NCBI RefSeq assembly: GCF_037042905.1
Contig: NC_087251.1
Span: forward strand, 25,856,001 to 25,920,000
DNA length: 64,000 nucleotides
Reading direction: 5' to 3'
DNA from: Lytechinus pictus
Lineage: Eukaryota
Shown piece by piece: positions 13,101 through 28,100 of the stretch (positions are counted from its first letter, which is position 1; each line of letters starts with the position of its first letter). The position numbers and the translations under genes are program-made. The notes under the pieces are model-generated. The model saw only the letters and a list, made by a program, of their open reading frames with translations, ran no database searches and had not been told where the DNA came from.

Positions 13101-16100
13101 ATTGTCGACCGTCGATGGACCGTGGAACATTTCTTTCACTTGTCCACTGATGGACTTCACTTTAAGTGTTAATATTTAGAGAGACAAAACAGAAATATGT
13201 ACAATCAAATATTGTATTTCTGCCTGCAGCTACGGGCTGGTTTGGTTATCAATATTTATTAGTTTGACCTCATGACATGTTTTGGATGAGCTCCTCTTTC
13301 CGTTCTACCTTGTGTCGATCAAAATTGGAATTATTTTATTTTTCAGTGATTTATATTGCAGTATAACATATTTTGTATGAATGTAATGAATATTTCAAGC
13401 ATTAGCTTTGCATGGCCTTACACAGCTAGGCTCTTGCCCCTCCTTTGCCCGATATATATTTGCATCTGTTACGAAATTCTGTCAAAGGTGTGTAGGAGAT
13501 CCATGATCCATCAATATTAATTTGAAAGAATGAACACCCCCTGCGGTCGCATTGTATGTATTCTCGAACTCTTAACATAATTGCACCCCCACCCCGATAA
13601 ACGAATTTCTGTTTACTTTCATCTAACTTTGTCAACATTTTTTACCCATTATTTACATCTCCATTAATATATTTTGCATATAATGTGGAATAAGATGTCA
13701 TGTCGTTAATTTTCTTCAACTTTGTGTTAACAATTTTCGAATCTTTATCAATTTGCTTATTGAAGGCAATACTGGATCAGGGTGTGTCTGGGGTTGTACC
13801 TTTTCCTGTATACGGCTTGTAAGGTATTGTCCTATTTGGCCATTGTAATTTTGTTTTATTTCAAATAATGATTTAGTGATTTGCGTAGTATTGGAAAGGG
13901 GTTTTGCCAGGCTACTTTAAGGGGGGGGGGGGTTAAGACGACCTAAAAGCGGCCTAATTTTTCTATATAAATTCTAGGGACTATACTATACTAAGAGTTA
14001 CATGACACAAGTAGCTATGTTTTGTACTCATTTTTTCATTTTCTCTCTTTTTCTTCTGTTCCCTATGATTTTACTAAATGAAAAACGTTTTCTATTTCTT
14101 TCTTTTTACCTTATAAAGCTTAACGCGAAGATAGACCGGGAGATATTGTTAAATAGACAAAAAATGCAAAGCAGTCGCCAAATTATTATTTTTTATTGTT
14201 GTAAACAGATGGAATTCATATTCAGGCATGATTGTTTATTATCAAAAGTTCAAAAGTCCAGACACGATCGATTTCTTTCATTTTATGGAATTCATACAAG
14301 TTCAAAATCGCAGGTTTTCGGTATTGTCATTTACTTGTGATGACAGTCTGTCTATTATCTAGGAGCCTTTCTTGTCGGTGATCATCGGCATTCCATTGTA
14401 AGTCAGGTATGTCTATGTGTCGCTAACCTTCTCTGGTAAATCAACAGAAAGATCATGGAGTCATGAACTTCATGAACAATGACATTCGTATTTATTAGCA
14501 TTGTTGTGAAGTGAAGTGAATGAATGAATACATAACAACATGTCAAAAAGTGACAAACGACAAAGTGACGGAAAGTGTATACGATATTTCTTTGAAAGAC
14601 TTTCGAGTATAATGAATTATTTTACACCTGTAACAGGGGCCGCGGAACGGTTTTCAAAGTGGGGGGGGGGGAGCTGGGCCAAAAGTGGGGGGCTGACCAT
14701 GCAAAAAATCATAATCGTATGGTCATTTTTACGTTTTTGTGTTATGGTTTTGGAAAAAAGTGTCGGGGGCTGAAGCCCCCCAGCCCCCCGCTTCCGCGGC
14801 CCCTGTGTAAGTTTTTGTTCTGCTTCTTCACGGACTTTACGAGCTATCAGCTTTTCAGTCCTGTCTTTATTTTAATATAAGCAAGATCCTTTTCACCTCT
14901 CTACTCTCGAGTCACTTTATATCATATGCATGAGTAGAAATATATCTTCTCCTGGCCCTGATAAACCATGCATTGGCTTACCACTCGGAAGTGAAAACTT
15001 GTGATGATTATGTATGCAAATCCGGTCGTACTTAGTGGAATACTTTTCCAATAACGTCATTCTTTTCACCTGCCCTATATAATCTCACCTGGCCTTAATC
15101 CTGCAGTAAGGGAATTTCTTTGGACTGGAAAATATGTACGGCTTCGTCATGGCCAATGAGTTATTGCCCCCTGAAATCCACCCCCCCCCCCCCGGCGTCC
15201 ACCCCTCCTCCCCTATTCACAGTCAGTAGAATATGAGACATGTTATATGCTTTTCGGTGGATAAACGTAATACAACTTTTAAATATTAGCGATTAGAGAG
15301 CTTTCGATAAATGACGGAAAAGTAAATCTGATCAACAAAATCGATTCCCCTTCCAATGCTCAACGATTATTTTACTTTTTCATGGCGTAAATTTAGATAA
15401 AATAGCCTTTCTGTTTGTGTGGGACGAGGCAACACAACCTTTGTTTACATTGCGTGTGAAAATTACCTGTGTGTAAATGCTTGAATAAATTCTATTGTAG
15501 TCGCAGACGTCGTCGAGGCGTCTCGTCAGTTGCAGCAACGTCTCGGAGACGTCAAATCAGTTGCGGCGAAGTCTCTGAGATGTCTCCTGTAGTTACAGCA
15601 TCGTCTCCGTGATATTTCAGAAACAGAATAATCTCCCCAATCGGTGGAGACGTTTCCTCGGGTCCAGCGACGTCTCGGGGACGTCAGGTCAGTTGCGGTG
15701 AAGTCTCTGAGACGTCTCCTTTATAGTTATAGAATCGTCTTGGCGGGATTCAAAAACAGAATAATCTCCCAAGTCCCAACTGATGGAGACGTCGCGAAAG
15801 CGTCTCTGAAACTGGAAGCAAAGTCCAAAGTCTTCAAAAGATCGAACGTTTTAAATCTCTTGAAGCTGCTTAAACATGTTAAAGACTTTTAATTTTTGAG
15901 GGGACTTTATCGAAGACATCGCAGAGTAGTAGTTTCAAGCCTAGTCAGATACGGTCCTTTTGGAATAATATGATAAACATAAATTATCACAAAAATGATG
16001 GATTTTATTTTGTTTTCATTGTTTAAAAATAAATAAATACACACAAAAAAACCAATTTCTCTTTGTTTGACCAACATGCATAAAGCTGTTTATCTAAGAC

Positions 16101-19100
16101 TGGGGATTGAAAAAAAGATCAGCTGAAGCTGGGTCCTTAATGGGTCGCCATCAACCACCCATAACCTACATCCCTATCCACTAACATCCGGCTTTGGACT
16201 GATGTATATACCCTTTCGTCAAAGCATGGACCTATTACCAGATTACGCATGTTGCTTTAAGGTCATTTTATATACTTCACTTTTTGGGCACTTTGAATTG
16301 CATCCCACCTAAATCGGTATGTCTCAAAAAGTCGAGGATGATATCCAGGGGCGGCGTGACAGGGGACAAGGGTGACTTTCCCCAATGATTTTTTAAGTAT
16401 TGGAAAGGGGTGGGGAAAAGGAGGTTGAAAAGAGGTATATAGAAAACGAAGGAAGAATGAATCATTTTCACATTAAAAAAGAACTGTTTTGTTACTCTAC
16501 GTTTTTGCTTGATAAAAATGTCGTCAGCTTACGTTGTCTTGTTCCGCTATCAATATACCTTTGACCCTGTTTAGCTTAGGACAAATACAATAATTTTTAG
16601 TTTCAATAATCGGCATGTTTACAGCATGAATAAACAGACTTTAAGTTTAATATAAAAATGACAATGTTTGTCAGTTTTGTGAATCTTGCACATAACTGTA
16701 AAAATCTGGGAAGAATGTGCAGAATGAAATGAGGATAACAAAGCAATGAAACCACTGTTATTGAGATACTTCATGCAAGCCGGACGTTGACCGAGTTTGC
16801 GGCGAGTAACATGGAAACATTATTTTCTGTTTTTGCGGTAATATTTTTAAGAGTTTATTTTTCACGCTGAGTTTATTTGCGTGGAAATGTGAATGACATG
16901 TTAAATTGTTGATAGATGTGATCGTCTTCTTTGTAAGTGGCTGATAGATAGATGAGAATATGCGAGGTTTGCACATTGCAATAAGAGTATAAAGACGACT
17001 GTGGTTCATATACTCGATTGTGATATCTCTTAAAAATATTAAAAGTCCAATTGTTTTGCCCTAATAAAGAGGGAGCAACTTCTAGGCGTGAATGGAGGAA
17101 GGAGGAGGGAAGTGAAGTGAAGCGATTTAAGTCCGCTCCCCAGCTTCTAAATGGGTCCACTTTAAATATTTGAGCCCTTTTAAATAATTGCAAAGCATCA
17201 GTGTATCCATGGACCTGAGTAGTAGGTCCATCATGTCCATGGTGTGTGTATCATAGTGGCATTTCCAACTCGGAAAGAGATAATTTCATCTTGGCATATA
17301 TTGGAATATTATTCTACCGGAGTAGTATTTATCAGGAGATGAAGTTGAGTGATTCCGTGTTATAAGGTCGCGAGGAGTGATATTCACTGAAATAGGAATC
17401 AGGGCGTGGCCACATCAACTATAATGAAATCTAATTGGCACCCGGTGTTGAAGAAGCTAGAAGCAAGCGATGATAATTCGAAGCCAGTTAGAGAAACCAC
17501 TTCGTTTTGGTGAAGATACACACCCATAAAGGGAAACGAGATTCGTTTGCGACGACAAGTGACAATTTTGCCAGAGCTTTGACGGAATATACTTTGTAGG
17601 AATCTGATTACTTGGAGTGGTTTAAAGAAACAAAAGATGATGGATCATGATTATAGAAAACGGTCATAATTAGGCTTGCTGTACGCACCACATTTGCAAT
17701 TCATATACAGTTTCACCATTATACAATAACACGCCGTCGTCATCATCGTAGTTGTTGTTTTTGTTGTTGAAAATTTGAAATGAAAATGAAATTGGTAAAT
17801 TTTTAAAAACACTTTAAAAAAATAAATGGTTAGATGTCCTGGTCTAAATAAGATCTCAGAGGAACAGAGTTGTTCGAAATCATGAATCTCATTGGAGTGG
17901 AAAGTTGGTTAGAATTATTTTTTGTTTAAAGAATAAAATAATTATATTCAGACAATTTGCTTTGTGCTCAGTTTGATTTTTAAAACAAATTTTAAAGAGT
18001 CACGTAATCGAAAAAGTATTGTGTACAGTGGCGTACCGTGGGTCACGGCATTGGGGGGGGGGGCACCTGCAAAATTTTTGAGTCTCTTGGGCGCACTAAG
18101 TGCGCTCAATAGCCAGGTATACTGACCTAATAGGGATATCTTAAGGACTGTGCCTTTAGACGAATATGTATCTCACTGATCAAATAATGCGAGCGCGAAG
18201 CACGAGCTGAAAATTTTTGATATTCAAACCTAAAAAGGGCACCATATAAGCAAATTTTTGTAATCATGATACGTACCTGTCTCACTAATCAAATATTGCG
18301 AGCGCCAGATCTAAAGAGGGGCATTCTAAGGCTTGTTTGTAGGAATTCACTGAGACCATACGTATTGCACTAATCAAATGATGCGAGCGCGAAGCGCGAG
18401 CTGAAAATTTTTGATAGTCAGACCAAAAAGGGACATTTTAAAGACTGTTTTTAGGAATTCTTGAAAAGCAGATATATCTCCCCAATCCACTAATGCGAAC
18501 GTAAGCACGGAATGGAAGTGCTTTCTATTCAGGCCTTAAAAGAAGGAAAGCGCTTTAAGTCGTGAAAATGAAGCATATGTCACTACATAAAACAATCACT
18601 CGAAGTGCGAGGAAATATATTTGGTAAACATATTGACTTGAAAACGGGATTTTTTAGCACGACAGGATTATATATCTCATTAAACAGACAATGCGAGCAC
18701 AAAAAATGATGAACACATAGGCCCTAAGCAAATTATGTTTCATAAAGTTCTGAAAAAAATATTTCTTGTGTAATACGCCTACAATAAAATAATATAATAT
18801 ACGATACAATAATTTATTTGTCCCCCACTACGTCTTTCTTTCTTTCTCTTTTCTCCCCTGTTTTTTTTTTTGCCAGCCGATGGGGGGTCCCCGTGCCCCC
18901 TCCCCGTAGTTACGCCACTGATTGTGTATATTATGATTTATTCTTCATACATTAAACCCCATAACAAGTTACGAGGGCCCATTTATTCTTTATTTAATTT
19001 TGGGGTGGATTACCATGCAGTTTGTTCCTTGTATTTGTAATGGGATGGCCACATCACATTATTGTTCAATTTTCCCCACCCCAGTTTTCCCTATGTTGAT

Positions 19101-22100
19101 CGATTGGTCGCCATTTAGGCCTACATGACTTATAGTTGGCTTAAAAATCCAAAGAAACAAAGATAAATCAGTATATCATTAAAACAATTCATACAAGCAG
19201 CCATAAAGCAAGACATATTGTTAATAAGAGCCGAAAGAAGAAACAAAGAGGCTCGTAGTAACATCAATAATAATGATAGCCCCCCCCCCCCCCCCGACGA
19301 CACACACGCTGCCACACACCTTACACAAGCTTAATTAAGTAAACATTAAAATATTAAGAAGACAAAAGTACATTTGCAAGAAAATGTATTTTCACTTTTC
19401 CGGTATAATTTTCGGTATCCTTATTTTGGGGGTGCCCCCATGTCTCTATATACCTTCACCGATAGACCTCCCTCAGAGCACGGGAGAGTGTCGGATAGCA
19501 GCAGACTGAGCGCGTAATGCACCATGAGATCACCTGAGAAGGTTCTTACAATAGATCTTTTCCGAAATAAAAACAATGAAGACGAGCTAGAGACCCGTGA
19601 GTGAAATTTTGTTGGGAGAGTGATTTTGAGAAAGGGAAGACGGTATCGGGAGAAAGAAAATAGGGGAAGAAGAGAAGTAGGATAAACGAGAAGATCAACA
19701 GCAGCATTAAACATAATTTCACGGGTAACACCAGCGGAGCCCCCCCCCCCTTCCTCTGGCAAGACGGGGAGGTAATGGAATTTTGTTAGGAGGTTGATTT
19801 TGAGAAAAGGGAAGCGATATCAGGAGAAAAAAAAGCAGGTGAAAAAGAGAAAGTGGAGAAACACGAAGATCAACCGCATCCTTAAAGGAATTAATACTTC
19901 GGGCTGAAAATATTTATATCTAAATAAATAGAGTAAAATTCACATAGCAAATTGCTGAAAATTTCATCAAAATCGGATTACAAATTACAAAGTTATTGAA
20001 TTTTAAAATTTAGCAATATTTTGTGAAAATAGTTATATGCACGTCATCATGAAAATTAATTAGTTCTACTGATGAAGTCACATCCCCACTTTCCCTTTTC
20101 TTATGTTATTACATGAAATCATAATAATTGTTTAATTTTTTCATACATGTGTGAATAATGTGTCTCCTTATAATGAAATAAGTTGCAGCAATGAATATCC
20201 AAATCACTTGTCAATCCAATATTTTCAGTTCTTGGTAGAAAAAAATTGAATAAACATAATTTCATATAATAAAATACAGAAGAAGAAGTGGGGATATGAT
20301 ATCATCAATTTGCTCATTGAATATTCATGAAGACATGCCGAGAACTGTTTCACCGGAATAATGCAAGTCTTTAAAATGCCATAACTTTGTTATTTCTTGT
20401 CCGATTTTGATCAAATTTTCAGTGTTTTATTTGTCTGATTTTTCGTTATCTGTTTAAACCATATTATTTTCAGCCCAGAGCATCCCTTTGAACATATTTA
20501 GGGGAGGGGGTAATGCCAATGGAGGGAGTCCACCTCCCGCTATTAAGAAATTATAGAGCGAAAAGAGGGCGAAGGGGAATATAAATAGTTGCAAAAAAAA
20601 TAAACGATGAGAAACGGAATGATATCCCCCTTCCAAGAATATACCCCCTGCCAGGATCACTTTAAATAAACCATTTAAAGAGCTTAAATATATTTTAGTT
20701 TCATATGAATTGCGTTCACTCTTTTGGACAATTCACAATTGCGATACAATTACCAATTTCAGTTGATTCATATAATGATCAACAAGGTAATTTTTAACCA
20801 ACTATTCCTACATAAAGAAGGGATCATGGGTTCACAGAAGAATTAAGAAAAAAAAATCTACCCGATACCTTGGAATTAATAACAGCCAAAATGATAACTT
20901 CATTGATTCATAACTAAAATAAATTCTAAGAAAGACGAAACCTATTCTTTAGATCTGATTGTTAGACGGAACCCAATATTGATTTTAGCTGTAAGGGAAT
21001 CACCTTCCTGAATGTAAATCAGAGTCAGATGGGAAGTAGAATTTAATTTTCTGATACAGAATGTTTCAGCACCCTGTATTCCCCAAATGAATTGAAAGGC
21101 TCTACGGGGAGAGTGGATAGCATACCGAACATTCTGGCAATTTAAAGGAACTGTTTTGAACATGAATGTATATAGAATATGGTATATCCCACGTGTAAGA
21201 TTGACGTATTTATGAAAATATAGTAATTTGAAAATCAGTATTCCATTAAAGAATTGTTCATATACATTTTACCATAACAGGCCCTTTCTGACACTTCACG
21301 ACACTTAACTTCACCATTGTAATCACGACACGTCACTTTGATAACAAAGTTTTTGTTTCATTAGTAAGATATTAATATAATTCCGATCATACATGCAGAG
21401 GATATGAAAAATTAATGATATCTATAATATTGAATTAAGACTAAAACGTAAATATTCTTTTAGAATACAAACGCCGTTAAAATAAACACCAATCAACCAA
21501 TCAATGATAATTCATCTTAGCCTTTTAATTCCCATGCAGGATCCCCTCTGTTTTTTCTCGTCTTGTTACGAAAACCAGTGGAGGAAAGAGTGAGGAAGAA
21601 ATAAACGTAGTGGGGCAGAAGGAATTATGGTATATTAAATTTCATTTTGTTATATCATATATTAAATTATATTATATTGTATATCATATTATATTGTATT
21701 ATATTCTATTATATTATATAAGAAATTTTGTTCATAACTTTATGAAACATAATTTGCTTAGGGCCTATGTGTTCATCATTCTTGGTGCTCGCATTGTCTG
21801 TTTAAGGAGATATACAATCTTGTTGTACTAGACCATCCCGTTTTCAAGTAAATATATATCATTTTTTATGTAGTGACATATGCTTCTTTTTCATGACTAC
21901 TTAAAGTGATTGCCCCTTTTTAAGGTCTGAATATGAAACATTTGCAGTCCATGCTTACGTTCGCATTAGTGGATTGGTGAGATATGTCTGCTATTCATGA
22001 ATTCCTCAAAACAATCCTTAAAATGTCCCCTTTTCTGGTCTGAATATAAAAAAATTTCAGCTCGCTCTTCGCTCTCGTAATATATGATAAGTGAGATACG

Positions 22101-25100
22101 TATCTTGTTCATGATTACAATTACTACAAAAAGTGTTTCATGTGTTTAGGTGTAATTCTAACAAAATCAGCAAGCACTTGGTGATCGCATTAGATGACTA
22201 AGATGAGATATGTATGTTCTTCGTGAATTCCTTTTCAAAAAATAATCCTTAAATTGTTCCTGTTTGGGGTCAATATATACAAAAATTCCAGCTTGCGCTT
22301 CGTGTTCACATTGTTTAGTGAGACAGGTAAGTATCATGATTACAGAAAATTGCTTACAATGTCACTTTACTAGGCCTGAATATAAAAAAAATCAGCTCGC
22401 GCTTCGCACTCGCATTATTTGATAAGTGATATACATTTCCGTTTAATGGCACAGCCCTTAAAATATCTCTATTGGCATGATTGGGTCAGTACCTGGCAAT
22501 TGAGCGCGCTTCGCTCGTAAGTGACTCAAAATGTTTGCTGGTGCCCCCAATGCACCCACGGTAGGCCACTGACGAAAACTGTGTATTTATAAATGTACAA
22601 TGAGTATTGATATTGGACGCAAAGGTGTATTCTCCAAATATTTTCAGATAAGTGATAAACTTGGCCATGGTGTTAAGTGGTTTCACATGTATGCCGTATG
22701 ATATGGCTACCTGCCAGTTATAGAGTTCCCTCTCGTTTTGTTCCTTGTAAACATGACAATGGTATTGGTAATCTTAATCCGAGTTATAATTTTGTTTTTT
22801 GTTGGGAATTACTTATAATCAGAGATGTGATGCACAGGCTCATATTTGATACCGTCTTCCTGTAAAATATATTGAATAATGTTGACTAAAGTATTCATTA
22901 AACTAAGATTCATGTGGGATTTGTAATTAACATTTGAAATAATCTGGAATTGACTCAAATAGTCAAGATCATATAATGTCGATTATTTTGCCCTTTTTCC
23001 ATTAAAGGATGTTAAGAGGTTTAAACCAGTTCCTTCTATCTATTCATGATCTTAAACACGTTTAAGGCTTGGATTACGTCCAATTGTATCTGGTCATCAT
23101 TGTAAATGCAGTGGAATGGAGATCAGGTGGCAGGGGCTGCAGCCCGTCCCTCATCACTGCCTGATTTTAAAGAATGAAATCAAAATGTTAATATTTTACA
23201 TAGATGTTCAAAATTCACTGAAGTCCAACAGTATGTCTTCAGTGGACAACACCCCTGGCCCTGTGCTTATCCTGTCCCTACCCTACATCCATAAAGATAT
23301 CTTTTTCCCTCGCAATATACCGCAATCTAGAAATAAAATGCGCTGCATATGGCTCCTTTAACGTTTTGTTGAGGTTTCTCTGAAGTAATGTTCGTATTAG
23401 AATCAAGCTGAGAAAATAATTGCATTTTGCTCTTTTAGAACGAGTCGTTCAGCTAACCTCTGGCATTGACCTCGTCAACAAAAGCCATATGCAATATCGC
23501 ACTTTGCAATATTTTCTTCATTATCATGTCTTTTTTCTACACAAGGGCCTATTATGTCTACTGCTTCGTTAAATTTCCTTTTATACGCAATACAGACTCA
23601 ACTCAGGAGCAGAAAATTCTAATTCAGTTAAATGGTGTTAAAGTTGCGATGTGTTAAAATTTATTGTCGACATTTTGGTACAGATATCCTTTAGGGTTTT
23701 GTAACACACAAGTATACTGATCAATCGTGAAACTGGCAGAGCTCAATCAAGAGAATTACACTGAAATAAAAAAACAACGGTGTTAAAATTACACCACCAA
23801 AATGACCAATGTATAAGGGAACTGCTTCCTCAGTTTCCGCCCAATACTCACGAAACTTGGCACACACATTGGTCTTGGATGGAGGACGTGCAAAAGAGAA
23901 TCCCATCAAGCATTTTGCACCAGTGTTAAATTCGTTATACAATACCTATTGGTGTCATCATAATTATTATTCTAACAGTATTCGGTGTTGTGAATTTGTG
24001 ATCAGTCTCCATGTTGCGTTTGTGATCCTCTCATAACTAACACCATATTTTGCAGTGTATACATGGTATGTGTAGTTTGTTCACAGGTGTGGCTAGGATC
24101 CAATAAACTTTGTTGTTTAATAAGCAATTGATCTGGACACTTTGTGTCACACGGGGCCAATGAGGAACTAAATCGTATATTTTCCGCATTCTGCATTAGG
24201 GCAACGATATAATGAATAATTTCACGCTTTGTCGAATTTAGTAAAATGAATAATTTCTCTAAACTTTGGGATTACGCATAATTTAATATTCAATAAATCA
24301 TGATAGACAAGCATATTATTTTGTAATTTCACACATGACCTCTTTTTCAATGTAGTTTGTTGGAGGGAACGCTAACAGTTCATCACTTAAGCCTATAATA
24401 CAGTGTAATATGAAATAGCAGCTGCAGTAATGTTGATAACTTTTCAATAATAAATTAACATGAGAAGTGTATTTGGGATATATATGTGGCATTTATTTAA
24501 TTTTTAACGTCAGGGAAAACCTGGTTAGGGAATATATTTTTCATAATTTGTGAGCATTAGTTATGAATGCTGTTTCATCAAGAGTAGTCATGGTAGGAGG
24601 CAACTTCAGCGTTGGTATAATACGGTAATAAAAGACGAATAAATAAATGTTTAAAAATTGTTTTGAAGATAATGATAATAATGTCATGATATTAAATGAA
24701 TTATGATATACAACTGATAGATCGTCAACAATATTGAAATCAAAATGAGTCATTTTTATTCTTGCACCATTTGTCACCCGATCATGTCGCCCCAGACCCG
24801 CTATCATGCATGACAATGCTAAATACACCACCTTCCATCGTCTGCTAGATTGATTTGCTTCCTCGCTTGCACATGATGTTCTTCAACACTTTTCCCCTCA
24901 TTCATAACCCATGGCCGTCACCTGGGGGGGGGGGGTGCGGACGGTGCGAACGCACCCCCCCCTATCAGACCTTAATTTTATTTTTTTTATTTTTTTTTGC
25001 TGTCAAATTTCTTGGAACCAAAATGACCTTCGTGTTGGTAGTGAACCCCCTTTTTTTCTTGTCAAATTATTTAAACCAGCACACCCTGCTAAAAAGTAGT

Positions 25101-28100
25101 TCCAATGGCCACCAGCAGCACTGCCTGACATCGGACTTAGTAATTTTTGTCTCTTCCCTCCCAAAGCACCCCCTTATAAAAAGCTGATGACGGCCATACA
25201 TACCCCCCCCCCGAAATCTTCCGTACTTCAATCGAAATACCCTCTAACTGATTTTCACTCGGAATTTTTTTTTTAGAATTGATAAAACATTGTAGGAGCA
25301 AACTACGACTGTCTTGCTCTTTGCATATCGATAGGCCTGTAATGAGGTAGGTAGGTCTATAATGTTACGAATCGGCAAATAACATTGATAGTCAATCATC
25401 AAACTCCCCTTTAATGATAAAAAATCACCGTGGCTTTAATACATGTAGAATTCCAATTTCTACGAATCATTTCGTGATAATGAATGAGCTGATAGTACAT
25501 GGCATCATTTTGACAGGGCTTATCACCGATTGTCATTTTATCATCGCTAGCTTTTAGATCACTGTCGAGCCATTTCCTTTCCTTTAAACATTCCCATTTG
25601 GTTTCTTTTCCCCACTTTTTTTTAAAACGTGTCGAGGCATAAGTGTTATTTTCTGTCTTTGATCAGTCTTGATTAGCTCATTTTTATTGGCGCCATGGTC
25701 TTCGTTCCAAAATCATGAAAGACCACGTGCTATATACAGTGCGGATAAAAAAAAAAGGTTTACACTTTGAAAAAGACCTGGGAATTGAAAAATATACAAC
25801 ATGTGGGTAATTTTTTCACATATATTCTTGGGTTTGGGTCTCATCTATCCAATGGAAGTAAAAGTTTTGACAGAATGTTACACTTGAGTGAGCACTGTCC
25901 ATTTTTGTAAAGCTCGCAGAAATCTGTTTGCGCAGAAATGCTCGTTTTCACGCTGTGTCAAGGGGAAAGGGCGAAATCAAACTTACCCTGCGAAACATTT
26001 CTCATACGTTTCCCTTGCCCCTTTAGTCAATTGAAATAAAACGAATACATTCAAGCATTTTATAACAATTTTGCCACCCAAACTGAAATTTCAACACTTA
26101 GTAAGCACAACCTTTACCCTTTTTGTGCCAGCTGGATCTGATGGCCTCGGTGTGTGGGGGAGCGGGGTGGGGCGCAATGCACTCTTCAAAGTGTTTTGAG
26201 CAACGAAACAAGTTAAACAGGTAAAAGATATCTTCAAATCAATTTTACTAGCTAAATTCCACGTGTTCTTCCTGATTAAGGTCTACTTTTATTCGCATAA
26301 CTATTTCAAAGTTCTGCGCAAATCATTTTTCACTAACTTTTCAAAAGTAAGTGGTGCTCACTCAAGCGGAAATATTTTTCGACAGTTATATCGTCATTTG
26401 CTTAAATTGATGTCTACCAATAATGTTAAAATGTGAAAATATCACCAGGATATTACCAATGTATAATTTTACAGGATTTTTTCTAAGTGTAAACTTTTTT
26501 TGATACGCACTGTATAGCGTGGCGCTCTTTATAAAAGTGGCGCCTCTAACCATGCTTGTGGAGCGTTGTGGCCCAGTGGATTAGTCTTCGGACTTTGAAA
26601 CAGAGGGTCGTGGGTTCGAATCCCAGCCATGGCGTAATTTCCTTCGGCAAGAAATTTATCCACATTGTGCTGCACTCGACCCAGGTGAGGTGAATGGGTA
26701 CCCGGTAGGATTTATTCCTTGAATGCTTTAGCGCCTATATGGCCGCTCAGCTACAGCCGGGGTAATAATAATATACCAAGTATATTTCAGCGCCTTGAGC
26801 ACATAATCAATGTGGATTTGGCGCTTTATAAATACTCTATATTATTATTATTATGCTTACTGCAACATGCAACGTAAAGCAGGCAGATAGAAAGAGGTAA
26901 AAGTCTATAAACTTCCTTGTTTTTGCTCTCTTCAAACTGGGTAAAAATGAAAATGCATGTTTGTTTAGTGGGATGTATATTAAATAAAAAGCATGCTTTA
27001 TATAGGCAAAAAGTAAACAACATTATAAGATTCATGAAATACAGAGTGTTTGGTGATATTTTAACTAACAAAACTGCATGTTCCACCCTACATAATAAAC
27101 CTTATTAGATTGTGTGTATTGTCAGGTTTTCCATCTTTTATAACGTCTCTCATTCATAAGGATGAAAATAGTATTAGATTGTTATTTATGATATTATTCA
27201 ATTTAAATAAACTCATGTCGACCATAAACATCTGATAAGAAACAACATCCCCTTGAAGTCACTGGAATTAATGTGTAATGGTCAAATAAAAGCAAGTACA
27301 TTTTTAACCTCCATGATTATAACTGACCCATTATCATTGCCCCTCATGAGATTTATTATTTTGATGGGGGTAATCCTTCAAAACATTATATGCTATTCGT
27401 GCACTGGCTAGCCTTACCTCAGTCACATTTCCCCTATACGGCGGCCGCACGTCGAGTCGAAAAGAGCCGTTTTAACATTTTTTTGTACCAGCTACATAAT
27501 GTGTGGTTTGAATAAAGATGAATAAAACGACTGTTTCCGAATCGTACGGCCGCCGTAGGATAAATGTGACTGAGGTATGAAGAAGAAAATGTGACCAAAC
27601 GTTTTTGATGTCTACGGAAACCGCCGTATAAATTTCGCGCCAGTACCCATACTGAGAAGCATTCATTTCATATAAATTGAATTGTTTTCAGAGGTCGTTA
27701 GGACGGTCACCATGATCGTGATCATTATGGCACCAAAATGAACGCAAATTGCTTTTTACCGGAAACCATTAAGGACATTCAACACCCACACGTCGCCAAT
27801 ATACCAAGACCACATCAAAACACCGAACATCCACATCATCTTCTCTCATTGTCCACTTCAAAGTTATTGTCACGCTTAAAAAGTTTCTTGTCACCGATCT
27901 CGAAGACGTGAACGGCGCGGAGGTCGACCACGAAACATGCATGGTGGAATATAGAGGTCGCGTGGTAGACGATAGTGTCTGACTGGCGAGATGCATTGCT
28001 GCAGTAACGTCTCAAGATCTATTCGAAGAATTTTCAGGTCATTTTCAGTATATTCTAGTCAATATTCTAGATACAATTCATATGAGCCTGTGGTTTATAG

